Origin: Tubiluchus corallicola
Lineage: Eukaryota > Animalia > Priapulida
Assembly (NCBI GenBank): GCA_030141605.1
Contig: JAQGDQ010000232.1
Location: 288,391 to 352,390 of the forward strand
DNA: 64,000 nucleotides
Reading direction: 5' to 3'
Below are positions 58,401-64,000 of this stretch, one piece after another (positions within the stretch are counted from its first letter, which is position 1; each line of letters starts with the position of its first letter). The position numbers and the translations under genes were made by a program. The notes below the pieces were generated by a model, which did no database searches, was not told the origin of the DNA, and was given only the letters and a program-made list of their open reading frames with translations.

Positions 58401-61400
58401 ATGCCAAGCTGAACCACAGAAAGTAAGTGCTTACCTGCACACACAATTCCATCTCCAATGTAATTTAGCTCACATTCACAAGTAAAGCTACCATCAGTAT
58501 TTTGACAAACCCCATGTGCTTCGTCACAGTTATGGGAACTAGTTGAGCATTCATCTTTGTCTGTGCCAGAAAAATGATAAAACTATGAAATGCTACCTGA
58601 TAACTACATTTTATCTGAAATGCCACTCTATTATGCCAAGCTGAACCACAGAAAGTAAGTGCTTACATGCACACACAATTCCATCTCCAATGTAATTTTG
58701 CTCACATTCACAAGTAAAGCTACCATCAGTATTCTGGCAATTCCCATGCTCTTCATCACAGTTGTGAATGCCGGTTGTGCATTCATCTATGTCTGATTAA
58801 GTAAATAATGCCATTCAATTTCAGGCTAATATTTTATATTTTACAAAAGGTCCAGTTCTGCATTTTTTGCTTATTAAGTTAGTCTCTATGGCAACAGCAA
58901 CTGAGTTTTGGGAGATTATTGTTACATCACATACCCAGTTACACATGTGCAAAACAATACCTTATTCTGGTTGCAAAGAGTAAAGATGAAAACACATATC
59001 AATCTGAGCCATGAAAAATAAATGCTTACCTACACACACAATTCCATCTCCAATGTAATTTTGCTCACATTCACAAGTAAAGCTACCATCAGTATTCTGA
59101 CAATTCCCATGCTCTTCATCACAGTTGTGAATGCCGCTTGAGCATTCATCAATATTTGATTCATAACTATTTACATTCAGTTTTAGATTAACAACTTACA
59201 GTAGCTGCAGGCCTGTATTTTTGATTAATTAGTATTTCGTAGAATGTAAATGTGCAAGCTGTTAATAATGTATTTTCTCACGCACCCTCTGTACTGTACC
59301 ATTTACTGTAAACATTTACTGTATATGGCAACTAGTTGAGCATTCATCTTTGTCTGTGCCAGAAAAATGATAAAACTATGAAATGCTACCTGATAACTAC
59401 ATTTTATCTGAAATGCCACTCTATTATGCCAAGCTGAACCACAGAAAGTAAGTGCTTACCTGCACACACAATTCCATCTCCAATGTAATTTAGCTCACAT
59501 TCACAAGTAAAGCTACCATCAGTATTTTGACAAACCCCATGTGCTTCGTCACAGTTATGGAAACTAGTTGAGCATTCATCTTTGTCTGTGCCAGAAAAAT
59601 GACAAAACTATGAAATGCTACCTGATAACTACATTTTATCTGAAATGCCACTCTATTATGCCAAGCTGAACCACAGAAAGTAAGTGCTTACATGCACACA
59701 CAATTCCATCTCCAATGTAATTTTGCTCACATTCACAAGTAAAGCTACCATCAGTATTCTGGCAATTCCCATGCTCTTCATCACAGTTGTGAATGCCGGT
59801 TGTGCATTCATCTATGTCTGATTAAGTAAATAATGCCATTCAATTTCAGGCTAATATTTTATATTTTACAAAAGGTCCAGTTCTGCATTTTTTGCTTAAG
59901 TTAGTCTCTATGGCAACAGCAACTGAGTTTTGGGAGATTATTGTTACATCACATACCCAGTTACACATGTGCAAAACAATACCTTATTCTGGTTGCAAAG
60001 AGTAAAGATGAAAACACATATCAATCTGAGCCATGAAAAATAAATGCTTACCTACACACACAATTCCATCTCCAATGTAATTTTGCTCACATTCACAAGT
60101 AAAGCTACCATCAGTATTCTGACAATTCCCATGCTCTTCATCACAGTTGTGAATGCCGCTTGAGCATTCATCAATATTTGATTCATAACTATTTACATTC
60201 AGTTTTAGATTAACAACTTACAGTAGCTGCAGGCCTGTATTTTTGATTAATTAGTATTTCGTAGAATGTAAATGTGCAAGCTGTTAATAATGTATTTTCT
60301 CACGCACCCTCTGTACTGTACCATTTACTGTAAACATTTACTGTATATGGGAACTAGTTGAGCATTCATCTTTGTCTGTGCCAGAAAAATGATAAAACTA
60401 TGAAATGCTACCTGATAACTACATTTTATCTGAAATGCCACTCTATTATGCCAAGCTGAACCACAGAAAGTAAGTGCTTACCTGCACACACAATTCCATC
60501 TCCAATGTAATTTAGCTCACATTCACAAGTAAAGCTACCATCAGTATTTTGACAAACCCCATGTGCTTCGTCACAGTTATGGGAACTAGTTGAGCATTCA
60601 TCTTTGTCTGTGCCAGAAAAATGATAAAACTATGAAATGCTACCTGATAACTACATTTTATCTGAAATGCCACTCTATTATGCCAAGCTGAACCACAGAA
60701 AGTAAGTGCTTACATGCACACACAATTCCATCTCCAATGTAATTTTGCTCACATTCACAAGTAAAGCTACCATCAGTATTCTGGCAATTCCCATGCTCTT
60801 CATCACAGTTGTGAATGCCGGTTGTGCATTCATCTATGTCTGATTAAGTAAATAATGCCATTCAATTTCAGGCTAATATTTTATATTTTACAAAAGGTCC
60901 AGTTCTGCATTTTTTGCTTATTAAGTTAGTCTCTATGGCAACAGCAACTGAGTTTTGGGAGATTATTGTTACATCACATACCCAGTTACACATGTGCAAA
61001 ACAATACCTTATTCTGGTTGCAAAGAGTAAAGATGAAAACACATATCAATCTGAGCCATGAAAAATAAATGCTTACCTACACACACAATTCCATCTCCAA
61101 TGTAATTTTGCTCACATTCACAAGTAAAGCTACCATCAGTATTCTGACAATTCCCATGCTCTTCATCACAGTTGTGAATGCCGCTTGAGCATTCATCAAT
61201 ATTTGATTCATAACTATTTACATTCAGTTTTAGATTAACAACTTACAGTAGCTGCAGGCCTGTATTTTTGATTAATTAGTATTTCGTAGAATGTAAATGT
61301 GCAAGCTGTTAATAATGTATTTTCACGCACCCTCTGTACTGTACATTTACTGTAAACATTTACTGTATATGGGAACTAGTTGAGCATTCATCTTTGTCTG

Positions 61401-64000
61401 TGCCAGAAAAATGATAAAACTATGAAATGCTACCTGATAACTACATTTTATCTGAAATGCCACTCTATTATGCCAAGCTGAACCACAGAAAGTAAGTGCT
61501 TACCTGCACACACAATTCCATCTCCAATGTAATTTAGCTCACATTCACAAGTAAAGCTACCATCAGTATTTTGACAAACCCCATGTGCTTCGTCACAGTT
61601 ATGGGAACTAGTTGAGCATTCATCTTTGTCTGTGCCAGAAAAATGATAAAACTATGAAATGCTACCTGATAACTACATTTTATCTGAAATGCCACTCTAT
61701 TATGCCAAGCTGAACCACAGAAAGTAAGTGCTTACATGCACACACAATTCCATCTCCAATGTAATTTTGCTCACATTCACAAGTAAAGCTACCATCAGTA
61801 TTCTGGCAATTCCCATGCTCTTCATCACAGTTGTGAATGCCGGTTGTGCATTCATCTATGTCTGATTAAGTAAATAATGCCATTCAATTTCAGGCTAATA
61901 TTTTATATTTTACAAAAGGTCCAGTTCTGCATTTTTTGCTTATTAAGTTAGTCTCTATGGCAACAGCAACTGAGTTTTGGGAGATTATTGTTACATCACA
62001 TACCCAGTTACACATGTGCAAAACAATACCTTATTCTGGTTGCAAAGAGTAAAGATGAAAACACATATCAATCTGAGCCATGAAAAATAAATGCTTACCT
62101 ACACACACAATTCCATCTCCAATGTAATTTTGCTCACATTCACAAGTAAAGCTACCATCAGTATTCTGACAATTCCCATGCTCTTCATCACAGTTGTGAA
62201 TGCCGCTTGAGCATTCATCAATATTTGATTCATAACTATTTACATTCAGTTTTAGATTAACAACTTACAGTAGCTGCAGGCCTGTATTTTTGATTAATTA
62301 GTATTTCGTAGAATGTAAATGTGCAAGCTGTTAATAATGTATTTTCTCACGCACCCTCTGTACTGTACCATTTACTGTAAACATTTACTGTATATGGGAA
62401 CTAGTTGAGCATTCATCTTTGTCTGTGCCAGAAAAATGATAAAACTATGAAATGCTACCTGATAACTACATTTTATCTGAAATGCCACCCTATTATGCCA
62501 AGCTGAACCACAGAAAGTAAGTGCTTACCTGCACACACAATTCCATCTCCAATGTAATTTAGCTCACATTCACAAGTAAAGCTACCATCAGTATTTTGAC
62601 AAACCCCATGTGCTTCGTCACAGTTATGGGAACTAGTTGAGCATTCATCTTTGTCTGTGCCAGAAAAATGATAAAACTATGAAATGCTACCTGATAACTA
62701 CATTTTATCTGAAATGCCACTCTATTATGCCAAGCTGAACCACAGAAAGTAAGTGCTTACCTGCACACACAATTCCATCTCCAATGTAATTTTGCTCACA
62801 TTCACAAGTAAAGCTACCATCAGTATTCTGGCAATTCCCATGCTCTTCATCACAGTTGTGAATGCCGGTTGTGCATTCATCTATGTCTGATTAAGTAAAT
62901 AATGCCATTCAATTTCAGGCTAATATTTTATATTTTACAAAAGGTCCAGTTCTGCATTTTTTGCTTATTAAGTTAGTCTCTATGGCAACAGCAACTGAGT
63001 TTTGGGAGATTATTGTTACATCACATACCCAGTTACACATGTGCAAAACAATACCTTATTCTGGTTGCAAAGAGTAAAGATGAAAACACATATCAATCTG
63101 AGCCATGAAAAATAAATGCTTACCTACACACACAATTCCATCTCCAATGTAATTTTGCTCACATTCACAAGTAAAGCTACCATCAGTATTCTGACAATTC
63201 CCATGCTCTTCATCACAGTTGTGAATGCTGGTTGAGCATTCATCTTTGTCTGTTCAGAAAAATGATAAAACTATGAAATGCTACCTGATAACTACATTTT
63301 ATCTGAAATGCCACTCTATTATGCCAAGCTGAACCACAGAAAGTAAGTGTTACCTGCACACACAATTCATCTCCAATGTAATTTAGCTCACATTCACAAG
63401 TAAAGCTACCATCAGTATTTTGACAAACCCCATGTGCTTCGTCACAGTTATGGGAACTAGTTGAGCATTCATCTTTGTCTGTGCCAGAAAAATGATAAAA
63501 CTATGAAATGCTACCTGATAACTACATTTTATCTGAAATGCCACTCTATTATGCCAAGCTGAACCACAGAAAGTAAGTGCTTACCTGCACACACAATTCC
63601 ATCTCCAATGTAATTTAGCTCACATTCACAAGTAAAGCTACCATCAGTATTCTGGCAATTCCCATGCTCTTCATCACAGTTGTGAATGCCGGTTGTGCAT
63701 TCATCTATGTCTGATTAAGTAAATAATGCCATTCAATTTCAGGCTAATATTTTATATTTTACAAAAGGTCCAGTTCTGCATTTTTTGCTTATTAAGTTAG
63801 TCTCTATGGCAACAGCAACTGAGTTTTGGGAGATTATTGTTACATCACATACCCAGTTACACATGTGCAAAACAATACCTTATTCTGGTTGCAAAGAGTA
63901 AAGATGAAAACACATATCAATCTGAGCCATGAAAAATAAATGCTTACCTACACACACAATTCCATCTCCAATGTAATTTAGCTCACATTCACAAGTAAAG
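55229..64000 (-). CDS. 3' portion of a multi-cbEGF protein with a C-terminal PAN/apple domain (fibrillin-like EGF array; 5' end outside window)
   Basis: 126-nt phase 1-1 exons starting (low coordinate) at 56195, 56654, 56886, 57410, 57773*, 58203, 58435, 58667, 59030*, 59460, 59692, 60052*, 60482, 60714, 61077*, 61504, 61736, 62099*, 62529, 62761, 63124, 63354 (125 nt), 63585 and 63948 (cut by the window edge); * = canonical acceptor lost. Example: [42 protein letters not shown] matches the cbEGF consensus D-x-D-E-C and C-x-N-x4-F-x-C. Terminal exon is 55229-55482. Confidence 0.85.
57530..64000. repeat. Tandem exon-intron array: 232-bp basic unit inside a ~1022-1025-bp higher-order repeat
   Basis: Equivalent exons at 59030, 60052, 61077, 62099 and 63124 are spaced 1022/1025/1022/1025 bp apart. 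The spacing 57773->59030 is 1257 bp (one extra 232-bp unit). Introns are near-identical between units. Confidence 0.95.

Overview
AT-rich eukaryotic (invertebrate metazoan-like) genomic DNA with spliced genes; nothing prokaryotic is present. Three genes lie on the minus strand. Two are tandem paralogous single-pass cadherin-related genes, A (CDS 26693->2803, ~1053 aa) and B (CDS 48790->31828, ~863 aa). Each was reconstructed by hand as 14 phase-consistent GT-AG coding exons encoding a signal peptide, a Cys-rich N-terminal module, ~5 cadherin-like repeats, a TM helix with a conserved Glu, and a long acidic tail. The third is the 3' part of a gene (55229->beyond 64000) made of a tandem array of 126-nt calcium-binding EGF exons ending in a PAN/apple exon. 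Most notable: the EGF array contains a ~1023-bp higher-order repeat in which a 34-nt truncated exon stub and a neighbouring exon with a destroyed acceptor (AG->AA) compensate each other's reading frame. In addition, the two cadherin paralogs share a near-identical, apparently gene-converted EC3 segment. Introns hold TA-flanked and hAT MITEs, a deleted Tc1/mariner, a deleted PIF/Harbinger, LINE remnants and 81-bp and 37-bp minisatellites. All models are manual and lack expression support.
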